From Paraspadella gotoi (taxonomy: Eukaryota; Animalia; Chaetognatha): DNA of 64,000 bases. The stretch covers positions 22,056,494 through 22,120,493 of the forward strand of contig CM119263.1 in NCBI GenBank assembly GCA_051294375.1, given 5' to 3'. The notes beneath the pieces were generated by a model. The model did no database searches. It saw only the letters and a program-made list of their open reading frames with translations, and was not told where the DNA came from. A program made the translations under genes and the position numbers. Below, piece by piece: positions 37,143 to 52,105 of this stretch; the stretch's first letter is position 1, and the number at the start of each line of letters is the position of its first letter.

Positions 37143-38103
37143 ATTTCTTTAATAAGTGTCAATAAAAATCTATTGACGTGGTATTCGTGCTAACCTCTTG
37201 GAACAAGTTTTGAAAATGTTCACCCATCAAAAGTAAAATCCATTCCCCTTCGCTCACCCGTCTCTCTCTCCCTCTTTTTTTTTCGAGAAAGCACTTTTTC
37301 GATGTAAAAATTACCGTATAAATCCTCGCATAAAAGTGTATGAGGGGCATAAATCAATCGGCGACGGAGAACGAGACTAAAAGCGCGGGAAAAATGTTGT
37401 CGTTGTTGGTTGAAGTTTTTCCCTTGAGCGAGAAAAGCGGTTGGAGGTAAAAATAAAAAAGAAAGTCACGGGATTTAAATTATTAATTTCCGTTCTTCTT
37501 TTTAGGATCGGACATGAAATTGGAACACAGAAAATAAAAATTAATCAATCATTCAAAAAAGAAGCTATCTTGCCGATAACTTTGGACAAGCGATGCTGGT
37601 TTAAGGTTTCCATACCCCTAACAGATTTCAAACTGTTTCTTTTCAGTAGTGGTTATTTCTTGCTCTCGATGAACTTTTTTCCATCGTTATCATTAGATGC
37701 GCGTGTGTGTACTCAACCTCCCTTATGACATGCTTACTGTGAAATACTATGCCTCGCTAAGTTATTTTTCTGTCTCTCTCTAACATTTTAAGGTTAAGCC
37801 TAAAATTCTTCATGATTGAGTTTAACCGGTCTTTTTTATGTCCCATTGTTATTTTACCCGTATTTTATTTGACCGTCGTAATTTGGAGAGATATGAGACT
37901 ATTTTTTAGTTCTTATTTAGACTCAGCCAAGAAACGATTCGCTCGTCCCTAATACAGTTTTACGGGACAAATTATGGATGTTTTACTGAAAATAAAGCCT
38001 TCGCATTTGATTCACGACTTTTCCTTCATAATTGGCCTCATGATTCAGCGGAATATTCAGCTCGTTTTCCATAAAGCTCCCTCGTCAAATTACACGGAAC
38101 GAG

Positions 38104-38792
38104 NNNNNNNNNNNNNNNNNNNNNNNNNNNNNNNNNNNNNNNNNNNNNNNNNNNNNNNNNNNNNNNNNNNNNNNNNNNNNNNNNNNNNNNNNNNNNNNNN
38201 NNNNNNNNNNNNNNNNNNNNNNNNNNNNNNNNNNNNNNNNNNNNNNNNNNNNNNNNNNNNNNNNNNNNNNNNNNNNNNNNNNNNNNNNNNNNNNNNNNNN
38301 NNNNNNNNNNNNNNNNNNNNNNNNNNNNNNNNNNNNNNNNNNNNNNNNTTTTTTTATCTCGACAACCATTTCAATCCTTATGGATTCTATACCCTTAATT
38401 ATATAATTTCTCTTTCGCTACTCATTCAACCGACGAGTTCCTCCTTCCACCTCTCCTCTCCCATCCCTTCTTCTCCCCTTCTCCTTTTCATACCTCCACC
38501 CTTCTCTTTTCTCCCTCCTCTCTTCCCCTTCTCCTCTTTTCTTCTTCTCTATCGAGATTCCGCTCATGATCTCGATTTCTGGAAGAGGCTCCACTTGAAG
38601 AAAAGAATCTCCCGGTTGTAGAAGTGAAAGGTCTTTATCGNNNNNNNNNNNNNNNNNNNNNNNNNNNNNNNNNNNNNNNNNNNNNNNNNNNNNNNNNNNN
38701 NNNNNNNNNNNNNNNNNNNNNNNNNNNNNNNNNNNNNNNNNNNNNNNNNNNNNNNNNNNNNNNNNNNNNNNNNNNNNNNNNNNNNNNNNNNN

Positions 38793-38828
<36 letters not shown>

Positions 38829-40018
38829 CCTAGAATATGGGGGCTTTGGATTCGAAGAGGTAATTCACGAATCCAATTAATGGAATAAAATCTTCCCTAG
38901 TTTTCCCAACCACAGTCATCCAAAGCCTTAACGCCCTCTGGGTTCCTTACCGGCCACATTGAGCGCCACCGGTCTCCCTTCCAAAGTCTCCATTATAATC
39001 GACGCCATTTTGATTCCTTTTGTTTCTAATTTCGTGCGCACGTGACAAAAAAACTTAATCGACGACCATCTTCTCTTTTTCTTTATCACGCTTTCGGCTT
39101 CTCATTACTTCCGGTTCTTTTATCTCACAAGTTTAATTTCCGCCATATTGGATTTCATTTCCTCATTATCTTTTTTTTAACTTTTTTCCTTTCTTCCATA
39201 TTTTCGCTGACTCTCTCTCTCTCTTTTTCATTTTTCGGTCATTATTTTAATAAAATTTACCTCATCCTTCCCAAAGTCTATTGATTTGTCGTTTTTGTTC
39301 TTTTTCTCTTTTCTCTTTTTCGTTTTCCTTTCGCATCTTCTGTTGCTCCTTTTTTCTTTTCAGTCCCATCCCTTCTCAAAACAAAATTTCTTTCAAGGCT
39401 TCTTCACTTACTCGTCGTCCGGTACTTTTCGTCCGTACTTTCGTCCGTACCTAGGTCCGTACCATCATCATCCGTTCACTTGTCGAGATTAGTTTTTCAC
39501 AATCTTCGCCTCTCCTTTCGCTTCACAACTTCCGCTCAAGTACGTTTTCCTTCCTTTCCTTCTCTTTCTTTTTTTCTTTTTTTAAACTTCTTTCTTTTCT
39601 CGTTTTTCGATTTAGCCTCTTCGTCGTNNNNNNNNNNNNNNNNNNNNNNNNNNNNNNNNNNNNNNNNNNNNNNNNNNNNNNNNNNNNNNNNNNNNNNNNN
39701 NNNNNNNNNNNNNNNNNNNNNNNNNNNNNNNNNNNNNNNNNNNNNNNNNNNNNNNNNNNNNNNNNNNNNNNNNNNNNNNNNNNNNNNNNNNNNNNNNNNN
39801 NNNNNNNNNNNNNNNNNNNNNNNNNNNNNNNNNNNNNNNNNNNNNNNNNNNNNNNNNNNNNNNNNNNNNNNNNNNNNNNNNNNNNNNNNNNNNNNNNNNN
39901 NNNNNNNNNNNNNNNNNNNNNNNNNNNNNNNNNNNNNNNNNNNNNNNNNNNNNNNNNNNNNNNNNNNNNNNNNNNNNNNNNNNNNNNNNNNNNNNNNNNN
40001 NNNNNNNNNNNNNNNNNN
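38104..40018. other. Region with assembly gaps (N runs 38104-38348, 38641-38792, 39628-40018; shorter runs at about 27031, 34498, 49398, 54228)
   Basis: N characters in the sequence. Confidence 0.99.
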
Positions 40019-40119
40019 TCCCTCTCCCTCCCACTTCCCAATTGCAATAAAACGGAAATTCAATCCTCTTCACAAATCTCCTCCCATCTCCTGACGCTGT
40101 TCTTAAAAGAGCAGAGATT

Positions 40120-43100
40120 CAAAGTGCCGTTATGAAATCAGATAGAAAAACACGACGAAAGACCGACGACGCGACCGTCGACGACCTGACGCGACTAAAT
40201 CATAAACGACAACACAGTCGCATACGACAAAAATGACAACAACTAAACTTATACCTCAAAATATAATTTCAAAACCAACAAAAAAAAATTAGAACGAAAC
40301 TGATGATGCATGATGAAGACGTCAGCTGTACATACCTGAACACAACACGCAATGAAAACGACGACGAACGTGAGGGACAAACTCTACCGTGTTGACAACG
40401 ACGTAAATAAACGGGAAACAACGGCCTCAACCACGAAAACTGAGACGAAATGTCAAAGATGACGCCGGTTACGCAGAAAACTGACAAATCGGCAAAATAA
40501 GACGCCGCGAAAACGACCAAAGGCTGACACCAATAAACGAAGGCGAAGTACTGAAAGTCAAAAAAAGGACGCCGACCTGCGGTGACTGATGATGACGCCG
40601 GCGCATGGAGGAGTGGCGCCGTCATTGTAGGACGCGCGCGAACCGGTAACTGTTCGACGCTCGTCTGATGAGTGGAAGCAGAAAGGGGACGCTCTGTGTC
40701 GGAGGTTGGACCCTGCGAGAGAAAGGTGGAGTTTTTCAAAACTAAAATATCTATTTAAATCGGCTCGTTGGAAAGAAAATTACTTGTTTATACTGCTTAA
40801 ACGACTCAATAGGATTGATATTTGATCATTTCATTAGTTAGAAGAATTCCCTGACGTTTATGTTCCTATATAACAAATTGAAAAATACTTTTACATCATA
40901 AAACTGGGCGCTTGCTTTCCAGAATGCTTTTTTGCAGAAATTTCGGCCCCTTATTTGATATTAATTTTAAATCTTTGTGAAAAAAAATTTGACCAATATA
41001 TAGTAATTCTTTTATATTCATTAGTTATATAATTTCTTGGGAGCATTGAAAAAAAAATTCTCATTAATATAATTTCAAGGTTTAGTGAGCCGGTAACAGG
41101 CCGCTTGCCAGATCAATGTTCTTTCACATTTTGTTTTTTCTATAAGGTTTACTTAGAAAAAACTATAAAATGGAAATGGCTGTCTATTATGGCTGTGAAA
41201 ATGTTTTTGAACATCTCGTGATGCTCAGAAACATACTCCAAAGTCTATATTGTAAGATGACCCTAAATTTCAAAACATTTCATTTTTGTAGTGAAATATA
41301 TTTATAACAGGAAGATTCCTATTCAAATTGCCGATAATTGGTTTTTTTGGAAATTCCGAACCAAGGAACATTCATGAGCACATACCTAGGAAAGTAAGCA
41401 AGTTGGACCTAATGGATTTGGATAAATAAAAAACTGTCACGCCAATTTACACCAGGGTTCAAAATCTGAAGACTGTATTAACAAATACTTTAGCCTCAGT
41501 ATTTGATCCTTTTCATTTCACTCCAATTTAAAATCCGTAAAATAATCCTAAAGTCATGTCCAAAAAATTTCCCGGCTCAACTTTTACATATTTAACTTTT
41601 TAAGTCATAAACATTCGATTCATTGCCATTGCGCTCAATAGGATGAGTGATAAAAGTTTAAGCGATGAACATTTTTTTGCTGCTCTATTGGACATGTATA
41701 TACGAAATTTCAAATCTTATAAAAAATATTTTAGCATAACAGTATAACCTAATAGAGTAGGCTATGGGTTGGATAAATTCAAGCTACCTAGTGGTCAGAG
41801 CTGATAGTTTACACAATGAACCATCCGGGTCGGACGAGCTAAGGTCATCTAGCTTGATTGTAATGCCGGGAGTGAACAAGGCAGTTGGCCCGACAACATT
41901 ACACAGTGAAGCAGAAGTAGTTATTCTATTGTTATAGTTTAGTGAACTAGAACCGTTCACATATACAAGCAGAGCCCTGAGCTTCGGAGCAAGGCTTGAA
42001 CCACCTTGTAAAGGCAGGCGGTTAAGCGCCCCGCTCCCATCTGTTTAACTGCTGGGACGACCACAGACGGCGAAGAATACCGGACGACTTTGGGCGTGGG
42101 GAGGCGAATGACTTGCCTCCGGCACCAATGGCCACCTGATGAAACGGTTGGTGGATTTTAGCTCCACCATACAACAAAATATATCAAATTTTTCTATTCT
42201 GTTCGGAAGACGAATTAAGAACAAAAATGTTTTATGTACTAGTTAATACATTCTATCTTCCTACATAAATAATCCTTGTTTGAATCATTCTAAACTATTT
42301 TTTTTTTTGTTCCCGATTGGCTCACTCTATTCGGTCGATATTAGATATTATGCCAGGTCCCTTCGTTCCAAAGAGAAAGCGTACTGGTTTAAAAGCGCCA
42401 AGTCATTTTTTAAAAAAATCTCTAACTGCCTGCCTCCTTCAAAACAATATAATAGTTAGATGGTAAATTAATCAACTTTCAACTTGTAAATTCACCCTTT
42501 ATCCTAATGTTGTGAAATTCGAACTCACTCCAGTTTCTCGTATCGAGTTTCAAGTAATCGAGTTTAAACCAATATCCATACTCGTCATCATAAAAGCGTC
42601 GAAGCAGCTGCCTCTTTTTTTTTTCAGTTCGCCTTCGCCATCGAACTGCATTTATTCAGTTATCGCATTTCTCGCTGCGTATCGATCAAGAGAGTGTGCT
42701 AGTGCCAGATTGACATTGTCCGCCATGTCAAAACTATACGCTATCGTCATTGAATATTATGTAAATTTCAATATAAAAAAATAATACATAATGATGTATA
42801 ACACACAATATTTCAATCAGGTTTGATTTGAAGTAAGTGAAAGTTTCACGCACTCCGCGCCAAATGTTACGAAAGGAAAATTCAGTAGAATTGGAAAGCT
42901 CTTTCAACTTTTAACCATCGATTTCTCGCAGAAAAGACAAACCGACCCTTCACTTTCCGGCGCTCCTCGCTCCAGTCGACGTCCTCCGGCGAGGTTTTCC
43001 GGCGCTCGAGTTCCGGCCCACATTTATTCCCCCTGTCTACGTCCGAAAGGTCTTTTTTCAAACGGAAGATCGGACCACATCCTCCATTTTTAGTGCGGCG

Positions 43101-46100
43101 CCGCCAAATACTGCGCGGAGCAAGCTCGTATAAGTTACTTTTCCGGTAGGTCTGTCGGTGGGTCCGTCGGTCTGCTCCCACTTACGTTAAGAATGCTCTG
43201 ATCAACTTGCATATAATTTGTGTGCTCACGGTTTGTTATTGAAGCGAGAAAAAAACACTCAAAATCTAAGGCCAACTGCTACGCGCCGGCTTCAGGAGTA
43301 ACAGTTCCTAAAACTTATAAAGGAATTAAAAGATACACTATTCATGGTTTTCATATCATCGTCCATGTCATAGATCAATGAGAAATATATGTTATAAAGG
43401 CCAGTCACTGCGGCGAAACACAGTTTGGAATTACCGTTTCTTTTTTATTTAGTAAAGTTTGAGCCACTCGCCCCGATTTTATGTCTGGTTCTGTCACTTT
43501 ATCGTAAGTTCCATTTGCTGTTTTCTGGAAAGGCTATCCTCGGAATTGAAATCGCTTTTTTGTTTGTAACTAGAATTACAGAGTTTCATCCCAGATAGTC
43601 TTCTATCGCGCTCTTATTGGCCTGCCGTGACCGTTGATGGCCTGGCTGTGTTGCATCTTCGGTGGAGTTTCGCCATTGCGAGGGCAGTCCAAGTGTGGGA
43701 GTCGGCAGGGCACGTTGTGTGAACTTCTAAAGTGGGATCACTTGTCATGTGTTTGTGTGTCTGATGTTGTTGACTGAGTCATGTTCAAGTCATAATTTGA
43801 ATAGACTGTCTGTCATTTTTAACTCTTCCTTTATCACCACATTCATTCTAAAAGTTTCCAATCTTTCCCCCCCATTTTTTAACACTGCCCTTTTCCATGC
43901 CATTTTAGCAACCCACCCCCAATCTAACCATACCCCAATTAACCATCCGTCACCTCATCCCATTTCTTAACCTTCCCCTAAATAAACCATCCCCTCCCTC
44001 CAGACCTCTCCCCCTTCACTCCTACCTTTTCCCCCCCTCACACCCCCTATTCTCAACCCTATCCCACTCCGTAGCCCTTCTCCCGCTCGCCCCCACAAAC
44101 CTGCATGGCCTGGCCGATTCCTAGCGCCGTCGGTGGTGGAAGGGATTTGAATCGGCGCCAGGTTCCGCCCCAGCAACGGACTGGTTGCACGATCGCCTCG
44201 ACGCCTCGACGCCGTTCGACGTCGCCGTCGGTCGTCGTCTCGCCGCTCGTCGTCGCCGTCCGCCAGGTCCGTTCGTCGTTCGTCGTCTTCCGCGTTCCCT
44301 CGTTTCTCCTCTCGAGAGAGCGATCTTCATCTCTTCTACGTTCCTTTGGGGTTAAAGTTCGTCGGTTTTTTTTATTTTTTATATTTTTACTATTATTTTT
44401 TCGATAGTACTATGTGTTTATACTATATATATATTGCTTTGAGCAACCACTTTTTGTTTGTTTTTGTTACGTCACGGCGGCAATGGTTTCAGGCGGGAGG
44501 GTCAACTGTACTATCCCGATTTTGTTTTTTTATTTCGAATCGTTTATCTTGGAGCCACATTGATGGCGCTAGAAGGGAGGATCGTTGTCGAACCCAAAAA
44601 AGAAAAGAGCAACACGGCGCGCGTTTATTTAAGGATTAGCCAGTTCATAGATGTATTTTTATCGAAAACAGATGAGGCTCCGAAGGAAATAACAGAAGCC
44701 GATAACCTGTCGGGGAGAAAAGAAAAAACAAATGAAAAGTTAAAGGACATGAATAGAGCTTTATAGGAAACAACAATAGGGAATAACAACCAAGATTGAA
44801 AGAAATGATTGCAAGAGAGATCGGGGTCCCATGGCCAATTGTTGCCGCAGCAGTACTTTCTGTTCACGTGTATTTCCATATGATCACATAAATACAGTCA
44901 CAGTGGAATGTATACTCTATATGTCATATATTTATATTATATATATATATTATATTTATGACACCACTGACAATAGGAATTCCTCGTCGTTTATTCTTTT
45001 TAGTTTTAGGATTTCCTGAAGGCGGAGCTAGTAGTCCCTTAGATTTGAGCTTTTTTTCTGTCTAAAGCAAATGAGCCAACCAAGTATAGCTGTTATGAAG
45101 ATCCGAACCGACACCGACGAAAAGAGAGTTTCTCCGAGACGTGACTCGCGGCGCAACTAAAAATAGGAAGAGATAAATTAGACGATCGATTTGTATTTCG
45201 GAGCGAAGGAAGGAGAGAAAGAAAAATTATGACGAGGAAGGACAAGCAAGAGGAGCGAAAAGGAGAAAATTCGAGAAGAAAATAGGGATAAGGAGAAGGG
45301 AAGGGAGTACTCTAAATGAAAGGCAAAGAAAGAAAACAGCAAAAAGGAGAGCGATTAAAAGAATAAACAAAGTGAAAGAGAGAATGTTAATTGATTACAA
45401 GGGATCATAAATCGAAGACAAGAAAAGCTCGGGGTAGTGCGATAATTGTGGATTGGGGTGAAGCATTGTTTGAGCAAAGTGAGAAAAAAAAAGTAAGAAA
45501 AAAAAAATAAGCAGAACAGAGAAAGAGAGAGAGCGCAAGTGACAAATGCTCGACACGATGAGGCGAAATAAAGAGAGAGATTCTTCGGCAGAAAAAGAGA
45601 AAAATCGGAGATAAATCGAGCTTAATCGTTCTTTCTTCCCATCTTTTTGTTTTCTTTTCTTTTCCTCTTTGTTTTACAGATCTTTTTCTTTTCTTTTTTT
45701 CCTTTTTTCAATTTTTTTTTTCTCTTACCCTTTATTATTAAATGTTTATTATTTTCCATACTTGCGGGGTATTCGCGGTCGAATGTAGGTAAACATATCG
45801 CGTAGGATTTCGAAAAGTTTCGTGGGAAAAATTCGAGGAAATGACGATAAAATCAATTTTTTATATCGAATTTTCGGGTGACGTCGTAAAACATAATAAT
45901 GATGCGCTTCGACGTTGAGCCGTTTAGTGAGCGTAGTTGTATTCGGCAAATCGCTCTTCTCTTCCGATTGCCACCCTGCTATGACAGATTTCATGTGCGA
46001 TTTCGACCACTTTAAAAAGTCTCCCTTTTGTCGAAAAGAAAAAAAAAACAAATATAAAAATAAATAACAAAAATAACAATTAAATCCTTATCCTAAGCTT

Positions 46101-49100
46101 TTATTTCTCAGTTATTTTTGTTATTATATGTTCATGTTTGATTTCTACTTTTACGTTATTTTTTCTGACTCATTGTTGCAGTTTTAATTTGTTATGATAT
46201 TTTTTTGCGTGTGCAGATTTATCTCAACAACATTTATTAGCTATTTATTTTATTATATTCATTCATATTATTTAGTATCTCAATCCCTTATCCTTGTTCT
46301 TTCGTTGCGTTGTTAAAAGATTTTAAGATATAGTTTAGCTTTGTCATAAACAAGGATTTTTTATTAAAGCAGCGTAACTACATGTTTCGGTTCCTGTTTT
46401 GCGAGCCTTCATCAGCGCATTTCTTTAATATAGTGTCAATAAAAATTATATTGACGTGGTATTCGTTGCTACCTCTTGGAACAAGTTTGAAAAATGTTCA
46501 CCCATCAAAAGTAAAATCATTCCCCTTCGCTTCCCCGTCTCTCTCTCCCTTTTTTTTTCGAGAAAGACTTTTTCGATGTAAAAATAACCGTATAAATCCT
46601 CGCAGTAAAAGTGTATGAGGGGCATAAATCAATCGGCGACGGAAAACGAGACTAAAAGCGCGGGAAAAAAGTTTGTCGTTGTTGGTTTGAAGTTTTTCCC
46701 TTGAGCGAGAAAAAGCGGTTGGAGGTAAAAATAAAAGAAAGTCACCGGGATTTAATTATTAATTTCCGTTCTTCTTTTTAGCGATTCGCGACATGAAATT
46801 GGAACAACAGAAAATAAAAAATAATAATCATTCAAAAAAGAAGCTACTTAGCCATAACTTTGGACAAGCGAGCTGGGTTAAGGTTTCCATACCCCTAACA
46901 GGATTTTCAAAACTGTTTCTTTTCAGTAGTGTTTTTCCTGCTCTACGATGAACTTTTTCCATCGTTAATCATTAGATGCCGCGTGTGTGACATCAACCTC
47001 CCTTATTGACATGCTTACTGTGAAATACCTATGCCTCCTAAGTAATTTATAACGTTGTCTTAATCATTAAGGTTGCCTAAAATTTCTTCATGATTGAGAG
47101 TTTGACCGGTCTGTTTTTATGTCCCATTTTATTTTACCCGTATTTTATTTGACCGTCGTTATTTGGGAGAGATATGAGACTATTTTTTTAGTTCTTATTT
47201 AGACATCAGCCAGAACGATCACTCTGTCCCTTATACAGTTTACGGGACAACTTATGAGATTTTTACTGAAACATAAAGCCTTCGCATTTGATCACGACTC
47301 TTCCTTATAATTGGCCTCGTGATTCAGCGAATATTCAGCTAGTTTTCCATAAAGCTCCCTCGTCAAAATCTAACACGCGGAACGAGCGACGTCTCGACTC
47401 TCGGGCGTTGAAGCATCAAAATACTTCACACTTTACCTTTCACTCATTTCGTCGCTAGGAAACCAGCGTTCTGATTTTTTTTATATTTGGGAAAACTCTC
47501 TCACGCTTTCACTTCCTTTTCTCTTTTATGATAATTTCATGAGACTTTCACCTCGATGATAATTCAGTCACGTCTGTATCTCTTGTACGTTTTTTTTTTT
47601 TTTTTTTTTTGATCTCGACAACCATTTCAATCCATTATGGATTCTATTACCCTTAATTATATAATTTTCTTTCGCTACTCATTTTCAACCGACGAGTTCC
47701 TCCTTCCACTTTCCTCTCCATCCCTTCTTTCTCCCCTCTCCTTTCATACCTCCACCCTCTCTTTTCTCCCTCTCTCTTCCCCTTCTCCTTCTTTTCTCTT
47801 CTCTATCGAGATTCCGCTCATGCATCTCGATTTCGGGAAGAGGCTCCACTTGAAGAAAAGAATCTCCCGTTTAGAAAGTGAAGGTCTTTATCGGGAGAGA
47901 GGAGGAGAGAGAGGTAGAAGGCAGATGAGGAGCAGAGAGGAGAGAAGCGAGAGAGAGAGAGAGAGAGAGAGAAGAGAGAGAGGAGGAACACAAAAGAGAG
48001 AGGGGGGTTATCCTAGAATATAGGGGCTTTGGATTCGAAGAGAAGCGTAATTCACTGAAATCCAATTAATGGAATAAAATCTTCCCTATTTTCCCAACCA
48101 CAGTCATCCAAAGCCTTAACGCCCTTGGTTCCTTACCGGCCGCATTGCAGCGCGCCACCGGTCTCCCTTCCAAAGTCTCCATTATAATCGACAGCCCATT
48201 TGATTCCTTTGTTATTTCTAAATTTCGTTGCGACTGTGACAAAAAAAACTTAATCGACGACCATCTTCTCTTTTTCTTTATCACCGCTTTCGCTTCTCAT
48301 TTACTTCGGTTCTTTTATCTCACAAGTTTAATTTCCGCCATATTGGATTCATTTCCTCATTATCTTTTTTTTTACTTTTTTCTCTTTCTTCCATATTTTC
48401 GCATGACTCTCTCGTCTCTCTTTTTCATTTTTCGGTCATTATTTTAATAAAATTTACCTCATTCCTTCCCAAGTCTATGATTTGGTCGTTTTTGTTCTTT
48501 TTCTCTTTTCTCTTTTCGTTTTCCTTTCGCATCTTCTGGTTGCTCCTTGTTTTCTTTTCAGTCCCATCCCTTCTTCAAAACTAAAATTTCTTTTCAAGCG
48601 CTTCTTCACTACTCGTCGTCCGTCTTTTCGTCCGTACTTTTCGTCCGTACCTAGGTCCCGTACCATCATCATCCGTTCAACAGTTGTCGAGATTAGTTTT
48701 TCACAATTCTTCGCTCTCTCCTTTCGCCTTCACAACTTCCGCTCAAGTCGTTCTTCCTTCCTTTCCTCTCTCTTCTTTTTGTTTTCTTTTTAAACTTCTT
48801 TCTTTTCTCGTTTTTCGATTTAGCCTCTTTCGTCGTTACCGCCCTCTCTTCGCCCACCCACGTCCATCGCGGCTTCCAGATTCGTATCTGCTTTTTATTG
48901 TCGGTGTTCCTTTTTTTACGGCCATCGAATATCTCGCTACTCACTCTCACTCTCACTTAAAAAGAATCGAAAACTTTCCCTGCTCGATTTTTTCTTCTTC
49001 TTTTTCTTTTTCTTTTTACTTTCTTCCTCCAGGGCATCCTCTCGTAAGATTATCAATCTCTCTTCCCTTTGTTCCTCCCGCCCAAACTACATTTTCTAAC

Positions 49101-49217
49101 TTCTCTCCTAATTCTATTCCCTATCAGTTTTCCTCCCTCCCTCTCCCTCCCACTTCCCAAGCAATACACGGAAATTCAATCCTCTTCACAAATCTCCTCC
49201 CATCTCCTGACGCTGTA
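40120..49217 (+). repeat. Indel-rich second copy of 31375-40100 (about 9 kb tandem duplication, probable assembly artefact)
   Basis: Collinear with the first copy but with scattered 1-2 nt indels that frameshift the duplicated exons; the first copy contains N gaps. Confidence 0.85.
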
Positions 49218-49312
49218 CTTCCCACAACCCACATCCCCCTCTTCATTCTCACCCCCCTCAATTGCCTTTCCACCCCTCACCGCCATAAATCCGAATTGCC
49301 ATCCCTCCTCCA

Positions 49313-49397
<85 letters not shown>

Positions 49398-50127
49398 NNN
49401 NNNNNNNNNNNNNNNNNNNNNNCTCTCTCTCACCAATCGCTCTGGTTTCGGAATCCAATCAGGAAACCAAAGTTATGTCGACATTTCGTCTTCTCACTCG
49501 AGAATCTTCGCCGCCCGATTTCCTCAGCCCGAGTTTTGCGTCGGTCTCGATTTCCGGTATAGAATATTAGGCCGGATCTTTGGCCGGATCTTTGGCCTGA
49601 TCTCGACCACTCCGCTACGGGATTACTGCTGAGATTCCATCAGATTTTCTCGGAATCTGGGACTTGAGTTTTACGTCGTGAGAGCCTGAGGACCTGAGAG
49701 ACTGGACTGCCACTCGGAGTAGTCTTTGCTTTTTGAAATTTTCTGTGTATTTTACAAAAAAGATACATTTGTAAAAAAGAGTGATATTAATTTGTGAGTT
49801 CTGGGTTCCTAATTGGGAAATTCCGTTCTACTACTCCTGTTCTCTACCATATTTAATTAAATTTGTTAATTTTTGTTTACTTTTGGGCTCAGACAAACCC
49901 ATTCTTAAATACATTTGTTCGATTTCAGGTTAGTCTTGTACGTATGTTTTTTTATCCGTCGGTAACTTCTGTCGGTATCTTTTGTCGGTTTTTGGTCAGT
50001 AACGGCTTCGGGCAATTGGAAAGTGAATCGAGTGTAAGAAGAAGGCTTTGGGCCGGATGTGGTTCCGATTGGCTGAAGATAAGAACGTTTGGTCACGTGA
50101 CGTCTGTTTTCTGTTTACATTGACCGC

Positions 50128-50166
50128 GTTTTGCTGAGGACCCGAAAGGATGAAACCGGTATGAAG
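50128..50166 (+). ncRNA. Degenerate minimal hammerhead-like motif (duplicate about 53326-53364)
   Basis: CTGAGGA-CCC-GAAA-GGAT-GAAAC-CG-GTA with palindromic stem III ACCGGT; stems I and II weak. Confidence 0.35.
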
Positions 50167-51060
50167 ATCCTACAATTTCCTACAATTTCCTACAATTTTT
50201 AAATTGGCAAAAATTAATAAACACTAATGACAAAAACACGTACATGACAGACCAAAAAATGAATAAAAGTACCCTCGTGAGTGATTATTGCTGAGTGTTG
50301 AAGCAATCTTAAAATATAAACGACCTCCACGACTTCCAAACAATATTGAAAGAATATTAAATTCTTGAACTCATATTCCCTTTTATGTAGCTTATTTTAT
50401 AAACTGCGCTAAGCTCAATTTAATATCGCCAGTTGTTTCCCCCTAAAAAACCAGAGTTTTCAATTGAACTGTCAACTGAGTCTGAACTCGTTAAAACCGT
50501 CAAATCCAAACTTCGCTTTTCTCTTTTTCTTCGCAAGAATCGATTCCATAATTAAAACTCTGCCCTTCATTTTTACCCTCGGGTCATTAGCGGGCGAGGG
50601 GCGGAAATTAAAGTGCCGGAAAGAAAAGGCGCCTGAAATTAAAGCGCCGGAAAAGAAAAGTGCCGGGAGATAAAAAAAAGACGGAAAAGAGAAGTAGCAA
50701 ATGCCAGAACGAGAAATGCCGTTGGCTAAAAAAAAATATATATGACTGAAGGTATAGTGTGTGTATAAAATATTAGCATTAAAAAAAAAGAATTTCAAAA
50801 TTCAAAAGATATACAGTATCGGAAACCTAGAATGTTGTAAGAATGTACATGGGATAACTTTTCCATTTATAGGAATGGCTTTAGGATTTTATAGGAAGTT
50901 GCCTGGATGTCTGGCTATTGCCCATTTTAGCAATTTTTCCAAAAAATAATCTTAAACCACTAAAAAATTGGGTCAAAATTTTTTTTTAAAAACTTGCATA
51001 GCTCTATTATACTTTAATATTTTTTTCTTAGCGAAATTCCTTTCTTTTCGTTGTGTTTGG

Positions 51061-52105
51061 ATTAGTAGAAATGAAAGTTTGAGTTTATTTGCAACAACGA
51101 TTTTATTAGTACATAAGGAACGTACATGTTGGCTGTTATGTTACAAGCCTTCTTTCAGCGTCATAGAAGAAAAAATTGTCTTTGTGTGAACTTTTTACAA
51201 AGTATTTGTGCAAAGGAAAAGGTAGAGCAGAGAGAGAGGAGAGGAGAGATGAGAGAGAAGAGAGAGGACAGAGACAGGGCAAAGTTTCCAAACACAGAGT
51301 TAGAAAAGATAGTGGTCAGATGTGAGGACAGGTCAAGGTGAAGACAGATTGATTAGACTGTGAAAAGAATTAAATTGGTGAAAATTTATAGAGATGAGGG
51401 GAGAGAGACAAGAAGAGAGAGAAGAGAGAGAAAGGACACATTAGTAACATACATTGTGCAATGTACAAACAAAGATAAATGATTTAAACTAACAGTGAAA
51501 TAAATATTGTTAACATTAAAGCTGACTAATAAATTAATTGAGTATAAAACAGTGAAATTGAAAGTGTGAAACGGAAAGAGAGAATAATAATGTTTAGAGC
51601 GTTATTAATCGTCGGAAAGTGGAATTTAGAGAATTAAGAAAGAGCTCTTTTCTAATTCTTTCTGTTGTACTTGCACAATGTATTGTGTCAATGTTCCTTT
51701 TTCTCTCTCTCTCTCTCTCTCTCTGGTGCCTGCTCCCTCTCTTCTACGTAAATTTTTCACCATTGTAATTTCTTTTCACAGTCTAACTCAATCTGTCTTG
51801 CACCTTACCTGTCCTCACATCTGACCACTATTAGCTTTTCTCAACTCTAGTGGTTAGGAGCAACTTTGCCCTGTCCTGCTCGTCGTGGCTCTCTCGTGAC
51901 TCTCTCTCTCTGCTGCTCTCTCTGCTCTTTCTTCGCCTACTTTTTTCGTTTGCAAGAATAATTTGTAAAACGTTCACAAAACAATTTTTCTCTATGGACG
52001 ACGCGAAGACAGGCTTGTAACTAAAGCCGAAACAAATGTACGTCCTTATGCTAGCCTAAAGAGAATCGTTGTTGAAATAAGACTCAAACTCTATTTCTAC
52101 TAATT
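51061..52105. repeat. About 1-kb imperfect palindrome (arms about 51061-51470 and 51660-52105)
   Basis: For example ATAGTGGTCAGATGTGAGGACAGG versus CCTGTCCTCACATCTGACCACTAT; arms differ by many indels. Confidence 0.8.

Noticed and set aside
37974-40094. Long ORFs containing X runs
   Set aside because: Artefacts of N gaps
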